Source of the DNA: a bacterium
GTDB lineage: Bacteria > Fidelibacterota > Fidelibacteria > Fidelibacterales > Fidelibacteraceae
Length of the DNA: 64,000 bases
Reading direction: 5' to 3'
Assembly (NCBI GenBank): GCA_963676395.1
Contig: OY781066.1
Coordinates: 1,568,001 to 1,632,000 of the forward strand
Below, piece after piece: positions 49,631 through 59,983 of the stretch. Position 1 is the first letter of the stretch; every line of letters starts with the position of its first letter. The notes below the pieces were generated by a model. It searched no databases, had not been told where the DNA came from, and worked only from the letters and a program-made list of their open reading frames with translations. The position numbers and the translations under genes were made by a program.

Positions 49631-51433
49631 TTATTTAAATTCTTCCGGTTTAAATCCACGACTATAATGTGTATTGGTTTTGCTGATACGACCACCATAT
49701 TCCGGAAAATACTCCGTATTGTAGTTGATGCCGTTTGTACTTGTTTGTGTAGACCAATAACGCATGCCGGTAGTGTCTCCCGCCGCATTTGTTGTCCAGT
49801 TAATAAAAATAACAGAGTGCCCACTTCCGGAGGTTCGCCAAATTTGTACGAAATCACCTTTTTTCACATCTTTCATTTCATCTATTGTTTCACCTACACC
49901 GTAGTCGACCAAAGCGATCCCGGGTCCATCACCATTTGTGGATTGTACAAACCATTTTGAGATAAATGATGAAAAGTCCGATGCATTTATATTGTTTATA
50001 TCATTTCCCATATTCCTATCTGTGAGTAGTCGGTTCATTGCCCTGTACCATACTTCAAATGTTGCTCCACAGCAATAAGTACTATGAGATGAATCAGCGT
50101 TTGCTTTCGCTATGCGGGTGCCTTTGTAATAAAGGTCTCTACTGACACCATGATAACCGCTGACCCATGAGTATGGGTATCGTCCATCGCGATGATATTC
50201 TTCTAAAAGGTCAACAACATAATCGTTAAATGTCAAATCTTCATACCGGGAAGCGACAAGGTAGGCTGAATCCTGCCAGGTAACATTTCTTTCATCTGTG
50301 ATATTCATATGAACAAGTGTTGAAAATGTATCTTGAGTGGTTCCTTCCAGTGAAAGACCATTAAAGCCAAAGGATGCAGGTAGCTCATCAGTGGGACTAA
50401 CTTGAACATTGCCCTGCGAGTTTTCGATGAGCATGTTTTTTGCATGACTTTCACCTACATAGATCCTTCTTAGCTTTTTGGGCCAGATCTTGGCAGAGGG
50501 CTGGAGGTCAAAATTGATCCTGAAGCTGTTATACTTTGTACCGGAAGCTTCTTTTAGGCTAAAATCAGCATAGCTTCTATTTACATTGTGATATTGCATG
50601 ATGATCGTACTGTCATCATGAACATTCCAATCAAAATCAATTTGATTCGATGTGATCTCAATATCATTTTCAAAGTATATATCGATCGTATCATTTACAT
50701 TTTGTCCTTCAAGTACGGACAGATTTTCCGGTTGAGTCCTTAGGTATGGATGCACATGCACAGGGATGGTACCAAGATCTAAGGTAGTTGGAATTTCGCT
50801 ATAACTTTGTGTATATGTTTTGTTTTCAATATCACCGTCTTCAAACTTTAATTCCAGGGTACTATTGGTGGCTTTACTTAAATATATTGTTGCGGGTGAA
50901 CCCGAAGATATAAGGTTTGAAGATGAGAGGGTCATCTTTTTAATTTCGGTTTTACCGTTCATTTGTAAAACTGAAAAATATATACCTTGTGGACAAAGCT
51001 GAAGTTCATCGTTCAACCCATTCCAGATCATTGAGTATTCTCCCGCTGAAAAACGATCTTGAGCCAGTGTGCGAATCTTTCTCCCTCTGATATCATAGAT
51101 ACTAAGTTTTACTTCACCGGGATTATTTATTTTAAAGGGAACGGAAGTTTTTTTATTGAAAGGGTTTGGGTAATTGGCATCCAGCGTGAAATCCTCAACA
51201 ATATCATAGGGAGTATCGGCTGTTGCCGTTTCGCTTTTGGTAAAAACGCCATACTCATTTGTATAAAGAAGCGCCTTGACGCTTGAGTTAACATAGACTT
51301 TAACTCTAACATTATCACACTTTTCTATACCACCTCTACCATTTACAAGTTTTCCGGTTAAATTTGTCAGTTCCGCAAATACAAATGATGTCGTTAAGCA
51401 TAATATGATGAATAATAATTGTCTTTTTTTGAT
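49631..51433 (-). CDS. Secreted 600-aa protein: signal peptide, sorting/FlgD-like domain, Ig-like spacer, C-terminal NlpC/P60-like domain (inferred ATC start)
   Basis: Frame stays open 134 codons upstream of the tracked ATG 51031; reads IKKRQLLFIILCLTTSFVFA...NYPNPFNKKT...SIYDIRGRKIRTL; AAGGA 8 nt before ATC 51433; TYCCG and KGDFVQIWRTSGSGHSVIF. Confidence 0.8.
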   Translation of the reverse strand: MKKRQLLFIILCLTTSFVFAELTNLTGKLVNGRGGIEKCDNVRVKVYVNSSVKALLYTNEYGVFTKSETATADTPYDIVEDFTLDANYPNPFNKKTSVPFKINNPGEVKLSIYDIRGRKIRTLAQDRFSAGEYSMIWNGLNDELQLCPQGIYFSVLQMNGKTEIKKMTLSSSNLISSGSPATIYLSKATNSTLELKFEDGDIENKTYTQSYSEIPTTLDLGTIPVHVHPYLRTQPENLSVLEGQNVNDTIDIYFENDIEITSNQIDFDWNVHDDSTIIMQYHNVNRSYADFSLKEASGTKYNSFRINFDLQPSAKIWPKKLRRIYVGESHAKNMLIENSQGNVQVSPTDELPASFGFNGLSLEGTTQDTFSTLVHMNITDERNVTWQDSAYLVASRYEDLTFNDYVVDLLEEYHRDGRYPYSWVSGYHGVSRDLYYKGTRIAKANADSSHSTYCCGATFEVWYRAMNRLLTDRNMGNDINNINASDFSSFISKWFVQSTNGDGPGIALVDYGVGETIDEMKDVKKGDFVQIWRTSGSGHSVIFINWTTNAAGDTTGMRYWSTQTSTNGINYNTEYFPEYGGRISKTNTHYSRGFKPEEFK

Positions 51434-51492
51434 GTTTAATTCCTTCTTCGATAAGGTTATAAGGGTATCTAGTTTTGCACCTTTTAGATGGT

Positions 51493-52182
51493 TTACTTTT
51501 TAATAAAATATTTTGGTTTAAATGCTCGACTGTAATGCGTAACATTTTTATCTATTTTGCCACCAAAGTCTTTGAAATACTCATTGTTGTAATTAACACC
51601 ATGGGTGCTGGTTTGCGTTGACCAATATTTCATCCCGGTTGTATCTGAATCGTCATTGGTTAACCATTCAATAAATATTACGGAATGACCGGATCCATTG
51701 GTTCTCCAAATTTGAACAAAATCTCCGGGTAACACATCTTTCATCTTATCAATGCTTTTACCAAGGCCATAGGCTTTTAAAGCAAGTCCGGGTCCATCAC
51801 CATTGGCTTCTAAAACAAACCATTTTCGGATAAATTTATCAAAATCTTTTGCTTTGATGCCATTTAGGTTTTCGCTTTCGTTTAGAGTACTCATAATACT
51901 TTTAAAATATACTTCAAGAGTGATTCCACAGCAAAAAGTACTGTGTGAACTATCGCTTTTTGCATTGGCGATCGTACAGCTTTGATAGTTTAAATCCTGG
52001 CTTACACCATCGTAGTCGTTTGTCCATGAGTATGGATATCGACCGTCACGCTCATAAGTTTCTAATGTCTGTAAGATTGTTTCATTTAAATAAATATTTT
52101 CTTGAATGATTTCTTTTTTGCAAGCAAGAAGGGTTAAAGCTGCCGTCAAAACAATGAGTGATGTAATAGTGAGCTTTTTCAT
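51493..52182 (-). CDS. Lipoprotein with NlpC/P60-like (Cys-His) domain, paralogue of the neighbour's C-terminal domain
   Basis: Lipobox LLAC; TFCCG; PGDFVQIWRTNGSGHSVIF; YWSTQTST; GAGG RBS. Confidence 0.8.
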   Translation of the reverse strand: MKKLTITSLIVLTAALTLLACKKEIIQENIYLNETILQTLETYERDGRYPYSWTNDYDGVSQDLNYQSCTIANAKSDSSHSTFCCGITLEVYFKSIMSTLNESENLNGIKAKDFDKFIRKWFVLEANGDGPGLALKAYGLGKSIDKMKDVLPGDFVQIWRTNGSGHSVIFIEWLTNDDSDTTGMKYWSTQTSTHGVNYNNEYFKDFGGKIDKNVTHYSRAFKPKYFIKK

Positions 52183-52345
52183 GTATGCCTCTAATTAATA
52201 TAAGTGCTCCCTGAAGGGATTGCAGTTATATTAATATGAAAAAGGGGAAAATGGTAGGAGAATATGAATGATTTTTTTGCTTTTTTGAAAATTCTGTCGC
52301 CTTCATCAAAGGCAACTTAGGATTCGGCTGTATATTTTTAAAATA

Positions 52346-53218
52346 TTATTCTTCGACGTTTTCTTCTTCTTCCATACTCTGTAATTTTCTGCGATGTCTC
52401 ATTCTTGCCATAATAAAGCCAAGAATTACAATGAATGGAGCCAATATCCAGATGATATTGCTTTGGTCAAGGAAGATGTAGATACGGTATGACTTTTTGT
52501 TTTTTTCTTTCCAGTGATGTTCAAATTGATCTTGAGACATCAGGAATGACGATTGAAATGCTGTTTCGAAGTTTTGGGTTTCTGCAGATATCTGAAGGCA
52601 TTTTCCGATAAGCCCTTCGCCGAAATAATTTACGATGTATGAATACATAGCGGCTGATTGAGCGTAGGCGATCTTTGCTTTGTCACGATTCATCGCTTGT
52701 AAATATTCTATCTGGTAGAGGGGAATGATGTGTTGGCCAAGAAAGGCTCGACCGACAAGTATTCGCTGATGTAGATCATGTTGGCCGGCATGATATTGCG
52801 CAAATCCTTCATTGAACCAAACGGGTAAAGGCATGTTACTAACGGATAAATGTGTTGTTTCATGTAGTAGCGTTTTTTTGTATTCAGCAAAGCTTTGTCG
52901 ACTGAAAGAAGGGCTTTTTACCAACAGTTTATCATCTGAGGCAAGTCCTACCGACCATATTGCGGAATTGGAACCGGAAAATACCCTATAGGTGTCTTCA
53001 TTATCGGCGATATAAATACGTAATGGATTTATGGGTAATCCGTATTTTTTACTTAGCATTTGTTGCTGAGTTATTACAATATCTAAGCTGACTTCGGCAA
53101 TACGCTGATCTTTTTCGGTATAGTATACATAAACATGATCTTTTTTTAATATTCTATCCGGCGTTGCAAAGAGCTGGGCGAGGGAAAGGAAAAGAATTAT
53201 AAGGAATTTGAGCTTCAT
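52346..53218 (-). CDS. Peptidase MA-like metallohydrolase with C-terminal membrane anchor
   Basis: HETTH + PVWFNEGFA; AYAQS; signal peptide from ATG 53218. Confidence 0.85.
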   Translation of the reverse strand: MKLKFLIILFLSLAQLFATPDRILKKDHVYVYYTEKDQRIAEVSLDIVITQQQMLSKKYGLPINPLRIYIADNEDTYRVFSGSNSAIWSVGLASDDKLLVKSPSFSRQSFAEYKKTLLHETTHLSVSNMPLPVWFNEGFAQYHAGQHDLHQRILVGRAFLGQHIIPLYQIEYLQAMNRDKAKIAYAQSAAMYSYIVNYFGEGLIGKCLQISAETQNFETAFQSSFLMSQDQFEHHWKEKNKKSYRIYIFLDQSNIIWILAPFIVILGFIMARMRHRRKLQSMEEEENVEE

Positions 53219-53272
53219 AAAACTGAAATCGTATGTAGGAAACACTCGTTAACGTTCCTTACAAAGGTATAA

Positions 53273-53920
53273 TTATGAATAAATTTGTGCCCCGGGACAT
53301 AAGTCATTCAATGCACATTCTTTGCATTTTGGTCTTCTTGCAATGCAAATACTACGACCATGTTTGATCAACTGGTGATTCCATGCGATCCAGGCGTCTT
53401 CGGGCAGGATCTTCATGAGATCGAATTCGACTTTTGTGGCATCTTTTTCTTTGGTAAGACCCAAGTGGCGGGAGATCCTTCCGACGTGTGTATCAACAAC
53501 AATGGCGGGTACATGATAAATATGGTTTAAGATCACATTGGCGGTTTTACGTCCAACTCCTGCAAGAGCTGTGAGATTTTCCAGGTTATCAGGCACTTTG
53601 CCGTCATATCGCTCAACGATCTCTTTACAACAAAGCAGGATATTTTTTGATTTGTTGTTAAAAAAACCGGTTGAACGTATATACTCAATGAGTTCATCTC
53701 GATCGGCGTTTGCCATATCTTTAACGGTAGGGTATCGTTCGAATAGAGCCGGAGTAACCATGTTTACGCGCTTATCGGTGCACTGTGCGGAGAGCATGGT
53801 AGCAACGAGCAGTTCATAAGCATTCTTATGGTTCAGCTCGCAGGTGACATCAGGGTAGAGTTCCCCGAGTTTGTCAATGAGTTGAAGAGCGCGTTCGCGC
53901 CGTTTTGTAAGAGATTCCAT
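53273..53920 (-). CDS. nth: Endonuclease III
   Basis: LSAQCTD, LAGVGRKTANV, VDTHV, CIARRPKCKECALNDLC. Confidence 0.96.
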   Translation of the reverse strand: MESLTKRRERALQLIDKLGELYPDVTCELNHKNAYELLVATMLSAQCTDKRVNMVTPALFERYPTVKDMANADRDELIEYIRSTGFFNNKSKNILLCCKEIVERYDGKVPDNLENLTALAGVGRKTANVILNHIYHVPAIVVDTHVGRISRHLGLTKEKDATKVEFDLMKILPEDAWIAWNHQLIKHGRSICIARRPKCKECALNDLCPGAQIYS

Positions 53921-53980
53921 GCTTTAACTTAAGCACTTAACTCAAGAAAAGCATGGAATATTTCTCTTGCGGGATATCAA

Positions 53981-54172
53981 TTACTTCAATGAGTATTTGA
54001 TACAATTTCCAACTTTAGCTGAAGAAAGTTTATCTTCACGAAGCAACCAGCCTAACGCCATGTAAACGTCGTTGCTTTTAGCGCCTGTTGATTTAGCCAA
54101 TGCGCTTGCTGCTGTTGCACCGTCTTTTTCTAAAGCTTCCCAGATTTTTCCTGCTAATACACCAATTTCCAT
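53981..54172 (-). CDS. Small winged-helix protein (DUF2582-like)
   Basis: IG..AGKIWEAL, ALGWLLREDK; AGGAG RBS. Confidence 0.8.
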   Translation of the reverse strand: MEIGVLAGKIWEALEKDGATAASALAKSTGAKSNDVYMALGWLLREDKLSSAKVGNCIKYSLK

Positions 54173-54391
54173 TGTTCGCTCCTAAAATTTGTGTTTCATG
54201 GTTAGTTCTGGAATGAATATACACTAAAAAAAACAAAAGGCAAAAGTTTTATAATGAGTGGGTGGTAGATAGTTAGCGGCAGGTTATAAGTATGTTTTAA
54301 GATACGAAATATTATCAAATAGATTGGAGAAAATGTAGCGAAGAGACCCCATGACGGTTTGATGATCGATAATTATTTTACATGGAAATAC

Positions 54392-54440
54392 AAAAGGACT
54401 GAGCTACTGAATTGAATTCAGAATGACATCAGTCCTTTTT
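54392..54440 (-). terminator. Hairpin closing the acyl-CoA synthetase array
   Basis: AAAAGGACTGA...TCAGTCCTTTT. Confidence 0.7.
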
Positions 54441-54462
54441 TATTATATTTATCGATTATTGA

Positions 54463-56286
54463 TTAAGCTTGATCATCTACTCCGTAAAGTGCCTCAATCT
54501 GCTTTGCATAAGCTTCTTCCACTTTACGACGACGAACTTTTAAGCTCGGAGTAAGTTGTTCGTTCTCGATAGTGAAAGGATCGCCGATGAGAAGGATTTT
54601 TTTAGATTTCTCATAGCGTGCCAAAGGTTCCTGAAATGCTTCCAATTCTGATTCAAAGAGTGCATAGACTTCAGGGTTACCAAGCAATGTATAATAGTTT
54701 GAATAAACGATCGAACGTTCCTGGGCCCAGGTTTCGAGATCTTCACGAGCCGGTACGATGAGAGCGATAGGATATTTACGGCGATCACCGACGATCACAA
54801 CTTGTTCGATGTATTTTGATTCAAGCATGACATTTTCGATTGGAGCCGGAGCAATGTTTTTACCGCCTGCCGTGACAATAATGTTTTTCTTGCGATCGGT
54901 GATCTTTAAGTAACCGTCTTCGTCAATTAAACCGATATCACCGGTATGGAACCAACCGTTTTCTTCGATAGCTTCTTTTGTTTCGATAGGATTTTTATAA
55001 TAGCCCTGCATGACACAAAGTCCACGAATAAGGATCTCTCCGTCATCGGCAATCATACACTCAACATCCGGGATCGGTTGTCCCACAAAACCGAATTTAA
55101 TACACCCGGGAGGGGTCAAGTGCGTTACCGGTGAGGTTTCGGTCAGACCAAAACCTTCGAGGATATTAACACCCGCAGCGGAAAAGAAAAGTCCAATATG
55201 ATCTGCTAGTGGTGCCCCACCCGAAACGGCATAGACAAATTCACCACCCAAGGCATTTTTGATCTTGTTTAAGACTAAAGCCTTTGCAATGGGGTATGAA
55301 ATGGCATATTTACCACGAGGTCTTTTTTCGAAGACCAGATATTTTTTGGCGGTTTCCAAACCGATCTTTTTTGCCCAGTTAAAGATATTTTTCTTGAGGT
55401 TTGAGCCTTCGGCTATGCCGGCATGTATCTTTGCGTAAACTTTTTCGAAAATTCTGGGGACCGAGAACATATAATGAGGTTTAACCTCTTTCAGATTATC
55501 GGCGATTTTATCGAGACTTTCGGCATAGTAAGTACCGGCTCCACAAAAATAGGAACCGTGTGATACAATGCGTTCAAATGAGTGACTTAAAGGCAAGAAT
55601 GACAAGAAACGAACATCCGGTTTGATTTTGATCACAGACATGGCTGATTGAGCATTCGTACAGATGTTGAAATGTGAAAGCATCACACCTTTGGGATTAC
55701 CTGTGGTTCCCGATGTGTAAATAAGTGTCCAAAGATCATCTTTTTTTGCTCTTTTTGCAAATGTTTCCAGTGTTTGTTTGCCTTTTGAAAGTAGTTCTTC
55801 ACCCTTCTTGAGAAGTTCATCGTATGTCAAAGTCCAATCATCTTCCAGAGCTTCACCATCTTTGATACGTACGGCAAACTTTAAATTTGGCAGATCTTTT
55901 TTTATTTCTTTGATCTTTGCCAATTGAACATCATCAGAAACGATCACGCCGGAGGTCTCGGAATTTTCCAATATATAATGGATCTGATTTGCCGGTAGAG
56001 TAGGGTAGATGGCAACGGAAGCAACACCCATATGGGCTGTAGCCAGATCTGTCATTGTCCATTCTTTGCAGTTTTCTGATAATATTGCAAATTTATCACC
56101 ATGCTTAAAGCCCAAAGCATGAAGCCCAAAGGTGATCTTTTCAACAATATCACGACTTTCTTTAAACGTCCATGATTTCCATTTTCCGTCTTTTTTCTCT
56201 GAGAAACGAACGAGATCTCCATATTTTTCTACGGAGTAGGCGAACATCGCCGGTATGGTCTTGATGTAATCTAATTTGTATTTCAT
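54463..56286 (-). CDS. Long-chain fatty acyl-CoA synthetase (copy 5)
   Basis: YTSGTTGNPKG, FLPLSH, GFGLTETSP, GWFHTGDIG, TDRKK, TPSLK. Confidence 0.92.
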   Translation of the reverse strand: MKYKLDYIKTIPAMFAYSVEKYGDLVRFSEKKDGKWKSWTFKESRDIVEKITFGLHALGFKHGDKFAILSENCKEWTMTDLATAHMGVASVAIYPTLPANQIHYILENSETSGVIVSDDVQLAKIKEIKKDLPNLKFAVRIKDGEALEDDWTLTYDELLKKGEELLSKGKQTLETFAKRAKKDDLWTLIYTSGTTGNPKGVMLSHFNICTNAQSAMSVIKIKPDVRFLSFLPLSHSFERIVSHGSYFCGAGTYYAESLDKIADNLKEVKPHYMFSVPRIFEKVYAKIHAGIAEGSNLKKNIFNWAKKIGLETAKKYLVFEKRPRGKYAISYPIAKALVLNKIKNALGGEFVYAVSGGAPLADHIGLFFSAAGVNILEGFGLTETSPVTHLTPPGCIKFGFVGQPIPDVECMIADDGEILIRGLCVMQGYYKNPIETKEAIEENGWFHTGDIGLIDEDGYLKITDRKKNIIVTAGGKNIAPAPIENVMLESKYIEQVVIVGDRRKYPIALIVPAREDLETWAQERSIVYSNYYTLLGNPEVYALFESELEAFQEPLARYEKSKKILLIGDPFTIENEQLTPSLKVRRRKVEEAYAKQIEALYGVDDQA

Positions 56287-56302
56287 AATTCCTTCCTTTT
56301 GC

Positions 56303-58117
56303 CTAGTTCTTGTAAAGCTCTTCTACTTCGAGGTCATATTTATTGATAACTTCGTTTCGTTTGATCTTCATGCTTGCTGTCAATTCTCCCGTTTCAATCG
56401 TGAAGGGTTGCGGCGCGATGAAAAAATACTTTATTTGTTCATATCTTGCAAGCTCATCTTGATGCTTGTCGAGTTCTTCCCGGATGAGTTTATCTACATC
56501 TTTTGACATTGCCATTTCCTGATAATTATCAAAACTAATGGGAGGAACTTGTTTTTCACCCCATTTTTGAATAATGTCGTATGCAGGCACAACAATGGCC
56601 ACAAGATACCGTCGTCTGTCTCCAATCACCACAGCTTGATCAATATATTTCGAAGTGCAAATTTCTTTTTCTACACCGGTAGGAGCGATATTTTTGCCTC
56701 CTGCGGTCACGATAAGATTTTTTTTGCGATCAGTGATCTTTAGAAAGCCTTCTTCATCGATAAAGCCGATATCACCTGTATGGAACCAACCATCTTTATC
56801 AATGGCTTCTGCAGTTTCTGTTGGACTTTTATAATATCCTTGGAATACATTGGGACCTTTGATTAGGATCTCGCCGTCATCCGCTATGTGAGCCTTAATA
56901 TCGGGAATGGCTTTTCCCACACAACCGAATTTTAAATGATCCTGATGATTTGCATGGGTACATGGACTGGTTTCCGTGAGCCCATAGCCTTCTTGCACAG
57001 AAATACCTGCCATGAGGAAGAATTCACCAATCTCAGGAGACAAAGGAGCTCCACCGCTGATACATCGAATGAAATCACCACCAAAAATTGCCGAGACCTT
57101 GTTAAAAACAAATCGTTTTGCCCAAGCATATTTTACAGCCAATGGACCTATCGGCTTTTTGTTGTAGATCAGGTATTTTGTAGCGACTCTGTGACCGATG
57201 CGTTGTGCCCAATTGAAGATCTCTTGCTTTGTTGTCGGCCCGGAAAGCACTTGTTCGATCACGGTAGCGTAGATCTTTTCAAGTAAGCGTGGTACAGTGG
57301 TCATGTGATGAGGTTTTACTTCTTTTAAATTTTCCGGGACTTTTGCAATGCTTTCGGCAAAATAGATCTCGGCACCAATCCACAATGTGAACAGGCAAGT
57401 TACCCTTTCGAAAGAGTGGCTTAGAGGTAAAAATGACAGCCATCGTCTGTTTGCAGGGAAATTAACATGTGCCTGGATCTGTTGGATATTGGCACAGACA
57501 TTAAATTGTGTTAGCAAAACACCTTTGGGGTCACCCGAAGTTCCTGAGGTATAAATAATACTCCAAAGATCATCATGTTTGACCTTTTGGGCATAGTCCA
57601 GTATACTTAGCTTAGATTCTTTTTGAGCTTTTAAACCGGCAGCGCAAAGGTCCTTATAGGTAATCACCCAATCTTCATCATGTTCTACATCGTCTAATAA
57701 GATGGCATATTCCATGTGCTTGAGTTTCGCTTTTAACTGGATAATTTTGTTAAGCTGTTCGCGGTTGCTAACAACAACAACCTTACATTCTGAATGATTT
57801 AGAATGTAGTTGATCTGTTTTGGAATGGATGTCTGGTACACGGGTACCGAGATGAAGTTAAAGTAGGTACAAGCCCAATCGAACAGACACCATTCCGGTC
57901 TGTTTTCAGACAAGATCCCAACCTTGTCTTTTTCTTTAACCCCAAGTGAAAGTAGGCCGAATCCAAGAATGGAAAACATGTCATAAGCATCCCCATAGCT
58001 TATGCTTTTCCATTCCCCCTTGGATTTGTAATTGTACAGCTTCCTCTCAGGCCCTTGGGCCAACGCTTCCTGAAATATCTCGGGCAGCGTTTTTGTGTAA
58101 TCAAGTGAGTATCTGAT
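56303..58117 (-). CDS. Long-chain fatty acyl-CoA synthetase (copy 4; inferred ATC start)
   Basis: YTSGTSGDPKG, GYGLTETSP, GWFHTGDIG; N-terminus IRYSLDYTKTLP after CACAGGAG-N6. Confidence 0.9.
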   Translation of the reverse strand: MRYSLDYTKTLPEIFQEALAQGPERKLYNYKSKGEWKSISYGDAYDMFSILGFGLLSLGVKEKDKVGILSENRPEWCLFDWACTYFNFISVPVYQTSIPKQINYILNHSECKVVVVSNREQLNKIIQLKAKLKHMEYAILLDDVEHDEDWVITYKDLCAAGLKAQKESKLSILDYAQKVKHDDLWSIIYTSGTSGDPKGVLLTQFNVCANIQQIQAHVNFPANRRWLSFLPLSHSFERVTCLFTLWIGAEIYFAESIAKVPENLKEVKPHHMTTVPRLLEKIYATVIEQVLSGPTTKQEIFNWAQRIGHRVATKYLIYNKKPIGPLAVKYAWAKRFVFNKVSAIFGGDFIRCISGGAPLSPEIGEFFLMAGISVQEGYGLTETSPCTHANHQDHLKFGCVGKAIPDIKAHIADDGEILIKGPNVFQGYYKSPTETAEAIDKDGWFHTGDIGFIDEEGFLKITDRKKNLIVTAGGKNIAPTGVEKEICTSKYIDQAVVIGDRRRYLVAIVVPAYDIIQKWGEKQVPPISFDNYQEMAMSKDVDKLIREELDKHQDELARYEQIKYFFIAPQPFTIETGELTASMKIKRNEVINKYDLEVEELYKN

Positions 58118-58144
58118 AATCTCCTCCTGTGTGTGTTTGGGTTA

Positions 58145-59959
58145 TCAGTTTTTGTACAAATTTTCTATTTCTTGACTATATATTTTTATGATCTCGTTTC
58201 GTTTTACTTTCATGCTGGCGGTTAATTCACCGGTTTCAATTGCAAAGGGTTGAGGAGCAATATAGAAGTATTTTATCTGCTCATAACGAGCCAGATCTTT
58301 TTGATTTTCATCAAGCTCCATCTGGATCATCGCTTTTACGGCTTCTGATTTAACAATGTCATCATAGCTATCGATCTTTACAATTGGCGTTTGTTTATTT
58401 GCCCATTTCTGTACGATTTCTAAGGCAGGAACAATAATGGCGACCAGATACTGGCGTCTATCACCAACGACAACGGCTTGTTCAATAAATTTTGATGCGC
58501 AAATTTCTCTCTCAACACCGGCCGGAGCGATATTTTTACCGCCGGCTGTGACGATGAGATTTTTTTTGCGATCTGTAATTTTCAAGGCACCGTCTTCATC
58601 GATAAAACCAATATCTCCTGTGTGGAACCACCCGTCTTTATCAATGGCTTCTTCTGTTTCTTCAGGTGATTTATAATAGCCCAACATTAGGTTTGGACCC
58701 TTCATGAGGATCTCACCATCTTCGGCGATCTTGGTTAATAGATCCGGTACAGCTTTGCCTACAGTTCCAAATTTTAGGTGATCCATTAAGTTTGAATGGG
58801 TTACCGGACTCATTTCCGTGAGGCCATAGCCTTCTTGCACAGAAATACCTGCCATGAGAAAAAATTCACCGATCTCGGGAGCCAAAGGGGCACCACCGGA
58901 GATACAACGATTGAATTCACCACCAAATACGGCTGCAATCTTGTTAAAGACCAGGCGTTTTGCCAGGCCGTATTTAAATGAGATAGGTCCAATGGGTTTT
59001 CTACCGTAGATAAGATATTTTTGAGAAACTCTATGACCAACACGTTGTGCCCAGTTGAAAACACCCTGTTTGAGCTTGGAATCTGCTAAGATCTGCTCAA
59101 TAATTCTGGCATAGATCTTTTCTAGCAGACGAGGAACGGTGGTCATAAAATTGGGTTTGACTTCCTTAAGGTTGTCCGCTACCTTTTCAATGCTTTCGGC
59201 AAAATAGATCTCGGCTCCCACCCAAAAGCTGAAAAAGGAAGTTGTTCTTTCAAAAGAATGGCTTAAAGGCAAGAAAGACAACCAGCGCTTATTCGCTTTG
59301 AATTTAGTGTGTGCCTGAGTTTGTTGAACATTGGCGGCCATATTGAATTGCGTGGTCATTACACCTTTAGGATCGCCCGAGGTGCCTGAGGTATACACAA
59401 TGCTCCAAAGATCATCGGGATGAACCTCGGCAGCGATTTCCTGCATGCTTGTTTTAGATTCTTCTTTGGCTGCTTTTCCCCGTTTTTTCAGGTCTTTGTA
59501 GGGTATGATCCATTTTTCTTTAGATTTTAGCGAGTCAAGCGTAATGGCATATTCCAAGAATTTTAACTCAGGCTTAAGGTCAATGATCTTTTGCAGCTGT
59601 TCTTGATTGCTGACGACCACGACTTTTGCTTCGGAGTGATTTAGAATGTATTTTACTTGCTTAGGTATAGATGTTTGATAAATAGGAACCGATACAAAAT
59701 TAAAGTGGATGCATGTCCAGTCAAAAAAGCACCATTCCGGGCGATTTTCTGATAGGATGGCAACTTTATCTTGTTTTTTAACACCTAATGAAAATAGACC
59801 AAATCCCAGGTCAGGAAGCTGGTCGTATGTTTCCTGATAAGTAAAGTTTTTCCATTCACCTTCGGATTTATAATTATAAAGTTTTCGGTTTGGACCTTTG
59901 CTCAATGCATCTGCATATAAAGCAGGCATTGTTTTAATGTAATCTAGTGCGTATCTGAT
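58145..59959 (-). CDS. Long-chain fatty acyl-CoA synthetase (copy 3; inferred ATC start)
   Basis: Same motifs; N-terminus IRYALDYIKTMP after CACAGGAG-N6. Confidence 0.9.
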   Translation of the reverse strand: MRYALDYIKTMPALYADALSKGPNRKLYNYKSEGEWKNFTYQETYDQLPDLGFGLFSLGVKKQDKVAILSENRPEWCFFDWTCIHFNFVSVPIYQTSIPKQVKYILNHSEAKVVVVSNQEQLQKIIDLKPELKFLEYAITLDSLKSKEKWIIPYKDLKKRGKAAKEESKTSMQEIAAEVHPDDLWSIVYTSGTSGDPKGVMTTQFNMAANVQQTQAHTKFKANKRWLSFLPLSHSFERTTSFFSFWVGAEIYFAESIEKVADNLKEVKPNFMTTVPRLLEKIYARIIEQILADSKLKQGVFNWAQRVGHRVSQKYLIYGRKPIGPISFKYGLAKRLVFNKIAAVFGGEFNRCISGGAPLAPEIGEFFLMAGISVQEGYGLTEMSPVTHSNLMDHLKFGTVGKAVPDLLTKIAEDGEILMKGPNLMLGYYKSPEETEEAIDKDGWFHTGDIGFIDEDGALKITDRKKNLIVTAGGKNIAPAGVEREICASKFIEQAVVVGDRRQYLVAIIVPALEIVQKWANKQTPIVKIDSYDDIVKSEAVKAMIQMELDENQKDLARYEQIKYFYIAPQPFAIETGELTASMKVKRNEIIKIYSQEIENLYKN

Positions 59960-59983
59960 AAGTTTCTCCTGTGTATTGAATTA

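Noticed and set aside
51031..51433. Frameshifted pseudogene or separate upstream gene
   Set aside because: Manual translation shows one continuous frame with no stop; only the start codon is atypical
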